64,000 nt of DNA from a virus. Where the stretch lies: positions 32,001-96,000 of the IMG/VR virus record IMGVR_UViG_3300036770_004732, one strand, 5' to 3'. The position numbers were made by a program, and so were the translations under genes. A model generated the notes under the pieces. That model was not told where the DNA came from. It did not search any database and saw nothing but the letters and a program-made list of their open reading frames with translations. Shown one piece after another: positions 10,188-18,410 of the stretch (the first letter of the stretch is position 1; the number at the start of each line of letters is the position of its first letter).

Positions 10188-10766
10188 TAGTTTTAAACTC
10201 TTATCAAACATCATCACATATCGGTGCTTTCGGGAGCGTTCTTTCCATTCTCCTTCAGCATCTTTTACTTTGCCACGAGAGTGCTTAGTTCCGTCTGCAT
10301 AGTAGAAATCTTTCTTTGGATCTGTGAGACCTGCGTATACAAAATTACAAGCGCGATAGATTGTGCCAGAATGAAAATCACTATCAGCGTAAGAGATGAT
10401 TGCTTTAACCTCAGTATCCTTCCGTAACTGTCTAATCGATCTTGAAACAAACCAAGAAGTGATATTATGCTCTGCAGATTGCGTGTCTGGGTGTATGCAG
10501 AGTCTTGATAATTCAAATAGTCCTTGTTGCTCATTTCGTTCTAATCCAAAAGCACCTTTAGCGATTTCAGGAACAGGAAGTCCAGTGAAAATTACTGTCC
10601 CAAATAATTGTCCGATATTTAAAGGGCAAAAGTCATTTTTCTTGAAGAGACCATAATTATATCCAGAACGATACCCCTTTGAAAAATCTTTGAGATAATG
10701 ATAAGTCAGTAGAAGTTCTTCTGCTTGCTTCTTTGTGATGCGATCCAAGTAGTAATCAGATTTCAT
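10179..10766 (-). CDS. Mom-like GNAT-fold DNA (adenine) modification protein
   Basis: HYL, ELSRLC, SWFVSRS, ISYAD..H.GTIYRACNF.Y.G and KHRY motifs of Mu Mom-family proteins. Confidence 0.75.
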   Translation of the reverse strand: MKSDYYLDRITKKQAEELLLTYHYLKDFSKGYRSGYNYGLFKKNDFCPLNIGQLFGTVIFTGLPVPEIAKGAFGLERNEQQGLFELSRLCIHPDTQSAEHNITSWFVSRSIRQLRKDTEVKAIISYADSDFHSGTIYRACNFVYAGLTDPKKDFYYADGTKHSRGKVKDAEGEWKERSRKHRYVMMFDKSLKLLW

Positions 10767-10796
10767 AAAAAAGAGGGAGGATCTCTAACCTCCCTC
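10767..10796 (-). terminator. Intrinsic terminator after gp32, abutting the mom-like start codon
   Basis: Minus strand reads GAGGGAGG-TTAGAGAT-CCTCCCTC-TTTTTT-ATG. Confidence 0.75.
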
Positions 10797-10813
10797 ATAT
10801 TATAGCACAGAAT

Positions 10814-11734
10814 TTATTCCGCCAATTTTGCGAAATACGACAAGGTGTCTTCCTCATCTTCATCATCCTCAACCGCAGCGGTGCGGCGAGTGGGTTGAAG
10901 ATTGTTAAGTTCACTACGAAGATCATCATCAAGTTCCTTCACAAGACCACGAGAATACTCTTCCTCATCCTCAACTTCTTCATCCATACGCTTAGATGCT
11001 TTTCCAAGAACAGAATCAAGACGCTTTTTCAGTTCTTCATAAGTCTTGAACTCACTAGGAGACATGAATTCTGCAAGAGAATACTGTTTCTTCCAGATTG
11101 CTTCCAGGGCATCATCATCATTGAGAAGAGCACCAGCAGAAGCAAATTCGCTAGAATCATAGTTACGATAACCAGCAACGTTCTTTGCTTTCAGTTTAAA
11201 GTTGGCACCAGTCCAAAAATCAAAAGGATCAATTGCTTGCTCATCTTCAAACTCAGGTTGCATTGCTTCAGTAATCTTATCAAAGATTTTCTTACCATAT
11301 TTGAAGAGGAAGACTTTACCTTCGTTTTCGGGATTAGCAGGATCCTTCACCACATAGATGTTAGAAACATAAGTCAGTTTACGCTTCTGCTTACGGGCAA
11401 CTTCTTTACCAGCATCAGTGCCATTATTCCAGAGACTAGAGTTGTGCTCACACACAGGGCACTTTTGATTGATAGAAGTAAGACAGTTATCAATCAACCA
11501 ACCACCAGGGCCTTGGAAAGCATGAGAATATACTTTCACAAAAGGAATGTCTTCTCCATCAGGTGCGGGAAGGAATCGAATAACTGCATAACCATTACCA
11601 GATTTGTCGCAATCAAGTTTCCATACACGGTCGTCACCAGTACTACCGCTAGTATTCATTTTTTCTACTTCTTTCACCAGTTTTTCGGTGAGAGAACCAA
11701 GTTTGGATTGTTTTTTAAGATCGGCAAATGCCAT
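10814..11734 (-). CDS. gp32: Single-stranded DNA-binding protein gp32
   Basis: DKSGNGYAVIRFLPAP, HAFQGPGGW, CPVCE, KYGKKIFDKI, NYDSSEF and an acidic tail. Confidence 0.97.
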   Translation of the reverse strand: MAFADLKKQSKLGSLTEKLVKEVEKMNTSGSTGDDRVWKLDCDKSGNGYAVIRFLPAPDGEDIPFVKVYSHAFQGPGGWLIDNCLTSINQKCPVCEHNSSLWNNGTDAGKEVARKQKRKLTYVSNIYVVKDPANPENEGKVFLFKYGKKIFDKITEAMQPEFEDEQAIDPFDFWTGANFKLKAKNVAGYRNYDSSEFASAGALLNDDDALEAIWKKQYSLAEFMSPSEFKTYEELKKRLDSVLGKASKRMDEEVEDEEEYSRGLVKELDDDLRSELNNLQPTRRTAAVEDDEDEEDTLSYFAKLAE

Positions 11735-11796
11735 TGGATACCTCGGATAAATTGGATTCGGGGGATTACTCAGATAGTATAACAGGATTTGGAGGA

Positions 11797-12126
11797 TCAG
11801 TCAAGATATTTTTTGAGAGATTCAATCGTCTTTGTCATACTAGTGAATAAAACTTGCATATCAGTCTCTGGAGAAAATCCCATAAGTGCGACTGATTTAC
11901 GAAGGTTCTCTTTCATCTCAACCGCTTGTGGGTCGTCTGAGAGAGATAACCTAGTATACATTACTCTTTGCTTTTCTAGCAAGAGTTCTAGTTTTTCAAT
12001 GTGTTCTAATTTTGTTTCGCTGTCCATCATACCGAAAGTAAGAATACTTCCGTATATTTGTTCTTGTAGTTTGTTAATTTCCCTTAATTCATCTTGAATA
12101 ATATCAGAATCGAAAAAACTACTCAT
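11797..12126 (-). CDS. DUF1825-like cyanophage/cyanobacterial protein
   Basis: FFDSDIIQ.E and LLEKQRVMY.RLSLSDDP.A motifs; usual position between gp59 and gp32. Confidence 0.7.
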   Translation of the reverse strand: MSSFFDSDIIQDELREINKLQEQIYGSILTFGMMDSETKLEHIEKLELLLEKQRVMYTRLSLSDDPQAVEMKENLRKSVALMGFSPETDMQVLFTSMTKTIESLKKYLD

Positions 12127-12715
12127 TTATAATTTCCCGTAAAATTTTCTTGTAAAAGAACACGTCAATATTTATGAACGGCATGTATTTTTTGATTTTT
12201 AAACTTACGGTTTCCCACACAGGATCTAGAAGTTTTTTATCAAAATCTTTTGAAAAATGAAATATTTTTTCGTATATTATTAAAGTTTCTAGCGATAGTT
12301 GCCCGCTTAGAAATTTTTTGAGGATTGGTGGATGACCTCTGGAACAATTCAAGGCATCCTCTAATTTTGTTTCCAAGAGTAATTCGTTGCTTTGCTCTTT
12401 GAATAAGTAAGTCAAACTCTGCTGTCTTCGCATCCACTCTTGGTAGGTTCTTTCTCCAGAATTTATAATTTGACCAATCCATAAGTTACTCGGGGAATCC
12501 GCTGCCACAAAGTTTGATACTAAAAAATCTACGACTTCTTTATCATTATATTTTCTCGATGTCTTTTCGAACCAATATTTATCGGCACGACGGTTAAAGG
12601 AAGTAATGGTTGCCCTAACTTTCTTGTTATATTTGAAGTAATCGTAATTTATATTACTGAAATGTGATTTTTGGGCAAGGTATTCACAATAAACTTGATA
12701 GGGAGTCACCTTCAA
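12119..12715 (-). CDS. gp59: Helicase loader gp59
   Basis: YLA.K.HF...YDYFKY, F..R.DKY.FEK and HPPILK..L...ISLETL motifs. Confidence 0.9.
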   Translation of the reverse strand: MKVTPYQVYCEYLAQKSHFSNINYDYFKYNKKVRATITSFNRRADKYWFEKTSRKYNDKEVVDFLVSNFVAADSPSNLWIGQIINSGERTYQEWMRRQQSLTYLFKEQSNELLLETKLEDALNCSRGHPPILKKFLSGQLSLETLIIYEKIFHFSKDFDKKLLDPVWETVSLKIKKYMPFINIDVFFYKKILREIINE

Positions 12716-12738
12716 AGTGTTAAATTATCTCACTATGT

Positions 12739-12767
12739 ATTATGACATACTTCAAGAATATTGTCAA
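12739..12767 (-). promoter_or_regulatory. Sigma70-like (early) promoter upstream of gp59
   Basis: TTGACA-17 nt-CATAAT on the minus strand. Confidence 0.7.
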
Positions 12768-12789
12768 TAGGCGACAAAGGATACATTAC

Positions 12790-12910
12790 ATTTTCTTTTT
12801 CCACTTATCTTTATTTTTCTGAATACATTTCTGCTTTGACTGTCGTTATAAGTATTTATACAAGAAAAGGGTCATAAAGACCCCATTCTGCTTGAATAAC
12901 GACAGACAAG
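12790..12910 (-). pseudogene. Orphan late-promoter/hairpin cassette with an aborted ORF (probable scar of a deleted homing endonuclease gene)
   Basis: 10-bp inverted repeat CTGTCGTTAT/ATAACGACAG flanking TATAAATA (12853-12860), then AAAGCAGAA-ATG TAT TCA GAA AAA TAA. Confidence 0.45.
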
Positions 12911-12929
12911 CATCATTATTTAGTTATAA

Positions 12930-13190
12930 TCATAAAGGCAATTTTGCTCTAGATGTTTTTTTCATAAAATTGAGACGTGTTGCGTCCCACTTTAACCTTT
13001 CTTTCAAAGGCTTTGAAATGAGTTTCGTTACCGATTCTACCTCAAGTCCATTGATTTCACAATAGTGGCAAATTGCATCAATGTAATTAATATTTTCAGT
13101 TGCCACAATATGTTCAATTTCTAAAGCAAATTTAGAAGGTGTTAAAAATTTATTTTCTATTGCTTGTTCTAATTCTTTATTCTTTTCCAT
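12930..13190 (-). CDS. gp33: Late transcription coactivator gp33
   Basis: F..EIE..V.....YIDAI..YCE...LE.ESV.KLISKPLKE.LK..A..LNF motif. The probable start is ATG at 13190, not the ORF-track start at 13289. Confidence 0.9.
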   Translation of the reverse strand: MEKNKELEQAIENKFLTPSKFALEIEHIVATENINYIDAICHYCEINGLEVESVTKLISKPLKERLKWDATRLNFMKKTSRAKLPL

Positions 13191-13857
13191 ATTGTTCCAG
13201 TTTATCTCTAACAAACTTTCTAATGTATTCGGTGAGTAGTTTGATGTACTTTGATTTGTCTCTTTCTTCATAGATAACGCATTCTCCATTCTCGCAAGCC
13301 ATAATAATTACAAGTTTTTTAACGGGTATGTCAGTTAGTTCATAGAACATACATGCATAAGCAGCACACTGAACAAAATAATGTTCAATCCACTCCCGTG
13401 GTTTTGGTTTTTTAGACGTTTTAAAGTCAATTATTGCTAATTCACCATCAAACTCTGCGATACAATCAACGGTTCCTGCTACTCCAAGAACTTTGCTGTA
13501 TAAGGAACTTTCAAGAGCATAAACATTATTTATACGATTTAAATCTGGTTTGGCAATTTTAAATAAAAATTGTGACAAAGGTTGAACCTCTGGAAGATCT
13601 TCATTTTTTAAAAGATGTTCAACCAAAGTGTGCATATCAGTTCCTCGACTAGTTGCCTGTCGAGTAATCTTATCTGCTTTTTCTTCACCAACCTTTTTAC
13701 GCCAGTTTGCAAAAAACTGACGATTTTTATGACTTGTAACAGAAGTAATAGAAACTAAACGGAGAAGTTCTTCTTCATCTGGAACTTTATAATATCGAAC
13801 ACCATCTATAGTCTCCCTTTCAAGTTTAGGGAGATTCACTTCAATATGATTGAACAT
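13177..13857 (-). CDS. PD-(D/E)XK exonuclease (Cas4-like/exonuclease A of T4-like cyanophages)
   Basis: SITSV, RGTDMH, AGTVDCIAE, IIDFKTS and YFVQC.AY motifs. Confidence 0.85.
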   Translation of the reverse strand: MFNHIEVNLPKLERETIDGVRYYKVPDEEELLRLVSITSVTSHKNRQFFANWRKKVGEEKADKITRQATSRGTDMHTLVEHLLKNEDLPEVQPLSQFLFKIAKPDLNRINNVYALESSLYSKVLGVAGTVDCIAEFDGELAIIDFKTSKKPKPREWIEHYFVQCAAYACMFYELTDIPVKKLVIIMACENGECVIYEERDKSKYIKLLTEYIRKFVRDKLEQYGKE

Positions 13858-13883
13858 TAAGACCTCATTTTGTACATATTATA

Positions 13884-14648
13884 TCATATTTCAACGCCAG
13901 ATTGAATTTTAGCAATAATATACTCTTTAACTAACCCAGACCTGCATATATCATCAATACCAAATTCAATAATATCAAAAGAAGGCATTGAACGAAGAAT
14001 TTTCATAAAATCGATAATACCATTTCTTTCGTTAGTTTTTTGCAAATCAGATTGAGTTGCATCACCACAAAACATAATTTTAGAATTTTCTCCTACTCTA
14101 GTAATAATAGAATCAAGTTCGTGCCCTGACATGTTCTGGAACTCATCTACAATAATAATAGCATTATCAAGTGTAGTACCACGAAGAAATGAAGTACTCC
14201 AAAACTTAATTGTTTCTTGACCCTTGAGATTGCCATAAAGCATCTCAAATTCAGCATCAGAAGGCATCTGAAACATATATTTCACCATATTCTTATAAGG
14301 AATCTGATAAATGTCAGATTTATCCTCATATGTTCCAGGAAGAAATCCAATCTCTCTGGTGGCTACAAGAGAACGAACAATGTAAACCTTCTCATAAGGA
14401 GTTCTTTCATTTAAAACTTCTTTAAGTGCATTGTAAAGTGTAATAAAAGTTTTACCAGTTCCAGCACACCCATATGCAACCAAGTGTTTTTGATTTGCAT
14501 AAGAATCAAAAAGTTTTTTTTGATTCTCTGTAAGGGGTTCAATATCAATTAAATAATCTGAACTTAATGGTTTCCTACGCTTCATTTGACGGGTTGTTAA
14601 ACCAACGCCGATTGGTTGGTCAGTGTTGCTCCCTTTTCTTCTTGCCAT
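13884..14648 (-). CDS. phoH: PhoH-family ATPase
   Basis: Walker A GCAGTGKT, plus IGFLPG, FLRGTT, DEFQN and GD..QSDL. Confidence 0.95.
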   Translation of the reverse strand: MARRKGSNTDQPIGVGLTTRQMKRRKPLSSDYLIDIEPLTENQKKLFDSYANQKHLVAYGCAGTGKTFITLYNALKEVLNERTPYEKVYIVRSLVATREIGFLPGTYEDKSDIYQIPYKNMVKYMFQMPSDAEFEMLYGNLKGQETIKFWSTSFLRGTTLDNAIIIVDEFQNMSGHELDSIITRVGENSKIMFCGDATQSDLQKTNERNGIIDFMKILRSMPSFDIIEFGIDDICRSGLVKEYIIAKIQSGVEI

Positions 14649-14654
14649 ATTTGA

Positions 14655-14903
14655 TTAGATTTTTTTTACTTTTGATCCCGGTGCTTTTGATGCTTTATGA
14701 AGAATATCATTCCATCCAGGATTTCTTGAGACAAGTTTATCCTTCCATTCACCAACCTCACCAGAAGATGGGCATGTGGATGGATCAGACCAATCACGTG
14801 TCCAGTCTGGATTATCATTTTTCCACTGATCCCAATCGTGGATGCTCATTTCCACTTCTTTCTGTTCACCAGTTTTTGTATTCACTATTGGATACGTTGG
14901 CAT
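14655..14903 (-). CDS. Conserved cyanophage hypothetical protein (FmdB-like N-terminus)
   Basis: MPTYP..N..TGE N-terminus; usual position between thyX and phoH. Confidence 0.7.
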   Translation of the reverse strand: MPTYPIVNTKTGEQKEVEMSIHDWDQWKNDNPDWTRDWSDPSTCPSSGEVGEWKDKLVSRNPGWNDILHKASKAPGSKVKKI

Positions 14904-14937
14904 TGTTATAAATTCAAGATATTGTTATTTAGATTCG

Positions 14938-15636
14938 TTAATCAATTCTGATCGAAGGTTGAAGTGCTTGAATTTCTTCACATTTGCAATCATCACTATA
15001 GCATTTCCATTCAAGTGCTTCTGCAACAATTGGAAATGTGCAAATAAAAATTCTTTTACACGCTTTTGCAATATCCATATGTTCTTTTTGAGTTCCGTTT
15101 TTTTCACGAAGATTGATATAATGAATCCAACTACGACAAGATCCCGTCATATAGATGCGTGTAGGCGTTGCCAGGGGCAATACAAACCTTGCACACTCTT
15201 TTGCTACCCCCGCTTCCAACATTCGCTTGTAGAGGTTGTTAGAGTGCTCAAAGAGTTCAGCAATCTCTGCCTGAAATTTGAGTTTTACATAGTCACCAAG
15301 ATCATCCGTAGAGTTCTGACGGTTTTTGGTATCCTGTCGGCGCAGGTCGGGCACAGGAATGTGATCAGTAATCAGATTAGTATCTGCATATCGTTGCGAA
15401 AATTCCTGGAATGTGAAGCTTCTATGGCGAAGAATTTGCGCCGCGATACCACGATTGGTTTCAATCTCAAGAGTCATAAATGCTTGCTCAAACACACTCC
15501 AGTGATTGTGCTTGATACAATACGCAAGAAGTTTTGCGTAATTCTCATTAGTCTGATTTTTTGGATTCGATACTCTCGCAACATATGCCATTGTTTTCTC
15601 GGCATCAGGAGTTACGCTAATTAGTTTTACACTCAT
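14938..15636 (-). CDS. thyX: Flavin-dependent thymidylate synthase ThyX
   Basis: HWSVFE, RHRSFTFQEFSQRY (RHRX7S signature), ECAR.VLP and R....TQKEH. Confidence 0.96.
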   Translation of the reverse strand: MSVKLISVTPDAEKTMAYVARVSNPKNQTNENYAKLLAYCIKHNHWSVFEQAFMTLEIETNRGIAAQILRHRSFTFQEFSQRYADTNLITDHIPVPDLRRQDTKNRQNSTDDLGDYVKLKFQAEIAELFEHSNNLYKRMLEAGVAKECARFVLPLATPTRIYMTGSCRSWIHYINLREKNGTQKEHMDIAKACKRIFICTFPIVAEALEWKCYSDDCKCEEIQALQPSIRID

Positions 15637-15806
15637 TTCTTTCCAAATCCTTTCGATGTTTGCTCTTCTAATTCTTTAATTTGTTCTTTCACAGCACGGA
15701 GTTGTGCTTTCATTTCTTGAATTTTGTCATCAGTATAAAGATGATCTTGTTTGATTAACCTTTCAAGAAGTTTTACAAGTTGCTTTGCTCTTGATGTTTC
15801 AGTCAT
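15633..15806 (-). CDS. Small conserved hypothetical coiled-coil protein
   Basis: Manual translation MTETSRAKQLVKLLERLIKQDHLY...SKGFGKK; overlaps both neighbouring genes. Confidence 0.7.
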   Translation of the reverse strand: MTETSRAKQLVKLLERLIKQDHLYTDDKIQEMKAQLRAVKEQIKELEEQTSKGFGKK

Positions 15807-15972
15807 CTAAATCAGAATCCTCAAATATTTCGTCGTAATCTAAGATTGGTCTTTTTCTCACATCTGGTTCTGTATATGAGTAGGCAGAAACATCAGAGTA
15901 TACTTCTGCTTTCAGAGAATCAACCAACAGTTCAAGATTACGGACGATAAGTTTTAGTTTTTCTTTGTCCAT
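15799..15972 (-). CDS. Small conserved hypothetical protein
   Basis: MDKEKLKLIVRNLELLVDSLKAEVYSD with an acidic tail; preceded by a TTGACT-17-TAAAAT promoter. Confidence 0.7.
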   Translation of the reverse strand: MDKEKLKLIVRNLELLVDSLKAEVYSDVSAYSYTEPDVRKRPILDYDEIFEDSDLDD

Positions 15973-16002
15973 AAGATACCATTCTCTCAACTCATTTTAC
16001 AC

Positions 16003-16030
16003 AAAAAAAGAGGGGTAGTCAACCCCCCCT
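16003..16030 (-). terminator. Intrinsic terminator overlapping a sigma70-like -35 box
   Basis: AGGGGGGG-TTGAC-TACCCCTC-TTTTTTT on the minus strand; closes the small-ORF cassette downstream of the riboswitch. Confidence 0.6.
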
Positions 16031-16189
16031 GTTATAAATTGGTTCAATAGATAGAATATCTTCAAACCATTCTCGTAAATGTATTCGGTAGCAAGACCAA
16101 TACTTACATCCCCTATAAGTTAGAAGATAGCAAGCAGGTGGTCTGCTTTCCTTATCCATGTCATCATGATGATAGACATAGTGTTGCAT
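16019..16189 (-). CDS. Small protein with a DUF4278-like LTYRG motif
   Basis: Manual translation MQHYVYHHDDMDKESRPPACYLLTYRGCKYWSCY..., 56 aa. Confidence 0.5.
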   Translation of the reverse strand: MQHYVYHHDDMDKESRPPACYLLTYRGCKYWSCYRIHLREWFEDILSIEPIYNRGG

Positions 16190-16272
16190 TTACTTACTCA
16201 GTAAGATAACTTCAATATATATCAAAAAAATGAACGCTGTTGATGCACCTGCAATAGCTGCAATCATGGCAA

Positions 16273-16371
16273 TCACTTTCCTGCTCCTGCATTTGCAAGT
16301 AATGCTTGGTGACGGCGTTGCTCTTTTTCAATTTGTTCTTTAATCAATTGAAGAACATTGAGTTTCTTCAT
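16273..16371 (-). CDS. Small helical peptide downstream of DUF4278
   Basis: MKKLNVLQLIKEQIEKEQRRHQALLANAGAGK; TGATG overlap with the upstream ORF. Confidence 0.55.
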   Translation of the reverse strand: MKKLNVLQLIKEQIEKEQRRHQALLANAGAGK

Positions 16372-16505
16372 CACTTTTCCTCCTTTACAAACTTAACACC
16401 ACGATAGGTTTCGTTGTATGCTTGAGGTTGTTGCTGTTGTTGTGCCTGTTCTTGGCGACGAACTTCGGTGTCATATGCGACACCACGATATACTACACGG
16501 CTCAT
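16371..16505 (-). CDS. DUF4278-family small protein
   Basis: MSRVVYRGVAYDTEVRRQEQ...NETYRGVKFVKEEK, with two YRGV motifs and an AAGGAG RBS. Confidence 0.8.
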   Translation of the reverse strand: MSRVVYRGVAYDTEVRRQEQAQQQQQPQAYNETYRGVKFVKEEK

Positions 16506-16540
16506 TGGTTTTGCTCCTTAGAAATGAGAGGTTTAATTCC

Positions 16541-16643
16541 CGTTCCTTCAGGCGGCGTTTCCGTTCGCTATTTGCAAATAGCGAATGAACGAATTTGCGT
16601 TCCGCGTCGTCTTACTTGCGTCCAGATTTTCTGGATGAACGAT
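16541..16643 (-). ncRNA. Tandem glutamine riboswitch (glnA/Downstream-peptide-type aptamers)
   Basis: Two CGTTCAT-hairpin-ACG(C/G)AA...GGAACG units, with hairpins TCCAG-AAAAT-CTGGA and TTCGCTATTT-GC-AAATAGCGAA, directly 5' of DUF4278. Confidence 0.8.
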
Positions 16644-16649
16644 AAGAGT

Positions 16650-16702
16650 ATTATACTCTCTTCGACCATATTTATCAACTATGCATTGTATAATGTGATA
16701 CA
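16650..16702 (-). promoter_or_regulatory. Sigma70-like promoter with an upstream NtcA box
   Basis: TTGATA (16678-16673)-17-TATAAT (16655-16650); TGTA-N8-TACA at 16687-16702. Confidence 0.65.
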
Positions 16703-16762
16703 GTTTTGGAAAATCTTAATAAGATAAATTTTTGCCGGAAATTTTTTACCCGATTTGACAAA

Positions 16763-17131
16763 TCACTTCCGCTTTTTGGTTTTAGGTGCCTGATAACCCC
16801 AAGTTTTTGGATTGAGTGTGCCAAATCCAAACTCAATACTCTTCAAGTTTTCACGAAACTTATCCCAATACATATCAAATAATTTAATTTTAGCTCCTCT
16901 TGTGAGATCAAAACAAATCTTGCCATCTACAAGATACTTGATAATATAAGCATCTCTTGGAGATTCCTTAGTGCATACCTCTTCATATGAACCATTTTCA
17001 ACAATGATATCACAACCATAGCGTGACTTACAGGTTTCTTTTTCTGCTGGTGTCCAGGAATCCATATGCTTTTCTTTGTTTTGTTCCTTTTCAATTACAT
17101 TACCAAGTTTACTCACGAACGACCCCCCCAT
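16763..17131 (-). CDS. Conserved cyanophage hypothetical protein
   Basis: ORF track; DL.RG....LFD.Y.D and G..NPK.WG motifs; start position uncertain. Confidence 0.65.
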   Translation of the reverse strand: MGGSFVSKLGNVIEKEQNKEKHMDSWTPAEKETCKSRYGCDIIVENGSYEEVCTKESPRDAYIIKYLVDGKICFDLTRGAKIKLFDMYWDKFRENLKSIEFGFGTLNPKTWGYQAPKTKKRK

Positions 17132-17733
17132 TGAATATTGGGGTATGCTTGACTTACAATTTCCTTGGTAATCTTATATTTTGTTTGTAATTTTTTATCT
17201 TTTACAAGACATAAAATCTCAGCTTCAAGTGGATGAAGTCCTTGAAGCATATTGATAAACATAGTTTCTCTACGAAGAGAACTTAATCCATCATTACCAC
17301 CTTTAACGAAATTATAAAATTTTTGATATTCTTTACGAATTGATGATCTTCCTTGATCTTGAGATCCTAATGAACTAGAACCAAGTTCTTCCATTTTAGA
17401 AACAGCATCAGTAATTTTTTCACTAACTGTTCCACTAAAAGAATTCTGATCTCCAACACTTGCGTATGGAACATCACCTTCTGGGATTACTGAAATAATA
17501 CTTTCATCAAAATTCCAAACAAATAATGTTTGAATAGATGGGTGAGAGTACTTTTGAAGTACTTCCACTTTCTTGGCATTACTTTTTTGTTTTGATGCTA
17601 AATTAAAAACTTCAAACGCAAATGGATTTGCTGGTAGTTCAATATTTGTCGAAGTTCTTGTAGTCGTTTTAGGTTTCGTCGTCGTCTTCTTCTGTGTCGT
17701 TGTAGTCATAATAGTTTTCAAAATTAAATGCAA
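17113..17733 (-). CDS. Conserved T4-like cyanophage hypothetical protein
   Basis: WNFDES..S..P.G.VPY and RRETMFI..L.GLHP.EAE motifs. Confidence 0.75.
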   Translation of the reverse strand: MHLILKTIMTTTTQKKTTTKPKTTTRTSTNIELPANPFAFEVFNLASKQKSNAKKVEVLQKYSHPSIQTLFVWNFDESIISVIPEGDVPYASVGDQNSFSGTVSEKITDAVSKMEELGSSSLGSQDQGRSSIRKEYQKFYNFVKGGNDGLSSLRRETMFINMLQGLHPLEAEILCLVKDKKLQTKYKITKEIVSQAYPNIQWGGRS

Positions 17734-17953
17734 TTACCTCATCTGGAATTAAATTTCCTTGTCCATCAAACATTTCGGGGTGAGGTCTTGGGATTTCCCG
17801 ATAATTCATCATATATTCTCTAGCAACCCATCCACCTATAAGTCCCACTATAAGAAATAAAATTGTTAAAAATGAACCGAATACTAGACTAATTGCTAAC
17901 ATTTTTTTCTCCGGGAAACTACTACTTTTTCCTGATTTTAAAGGAAAATTCAA
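17669..17953 (-). CDS. Small membrane protein, conserved in cyanophages
   Basis: One TM helix followed by HPEMFD..GN..PDE; probable start near 17903. Confidence 0.65.
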   Translation of the reverse strand: MNFPLKSGKSSSFPEKKMLAISLVFGSFLTILFLIVGLIGGWVAREYMMNYREIPRPHPEMFDGQGNLIPDEVIAFNFENYYDYNDTEEDDDET

Positions 17954-18167
17954 AATAAATGGTTACTTCCCGTCTTAGAAAGCAAACCATCTTTTCAAAG
18001 ATGATGTGGAAAGGATAAGTTTGCTTTCGTTTACCTCCATTAAGAATAAGTTCAACACCCCGATTGATCTCTGGGTTCTTATTTTTATTTATAGTATCAT
18101 CAAACGATTTGCTGTTCTTTGAGGAATTTGATCGTGTCAACACACCCTCCCAATTTTTTAGTATCAC
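17922..18167 (-). CDS. Hypothetical protein
   Basis: ORF track; INRGVELIL motif; start position uncertain. Confidence 0.5.
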   Translation of the reverse strand: MILKNWEGVLTRSNSSKNSKSFDDTINKNKNPEINRGVELILNGGKRKQTYPFHIIFEKMVCFLRREVTIYFEFSFKIRKK

Positions 18168-18336
18168 AAATTACTTGTGGAAATGTAGATCCTTGACCAA
18201 ATTCAGAGTAAAACTCTTCCTTAGTGAAATCTTGATCTAAAATGTAAACAACATGCTTACACTCTGTTAATTCTAGCACTTGTTTTACTTTTGTGCAATA
18301 TGGACAATTTTCTTTTGAATAAACTGTAAAATTCAT
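18100..18336 (-). CDS. nrdC: Glutaredoxin (NrdC-like)
   Basis: CPYC active site, TFPQV and GGC.D. Confidence 0.92.
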   Translation of the reverse strand: MNFTVYSKENCPYCTKVKQVLELTECKHVVYILDQDFTKEEFYSEFGQGSTFPQVICDTKKLGGCVDTIKFLKEQQIV

Positions 18337-18410
18337 ACTTAACTTAACGATTTTTAATATATATCATAAATTCGCAGGAATAATTATCAATAAAATTATT
18401 ATCAAATATT

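Noticed and set aside
13177-13857. Cas4-like nuclease as a CRISPR component
   Set aside because: It is the standard T4-like cyanophage core exonuclease between phoH and gp33, and no array is nearby.
10895-15624. Long plus-strand ORFs 10895-11782 and 14842-15624
   Set aside because: They are antisense shadows of gp32 and thyX/neighbour genes with no recognisable motifs.
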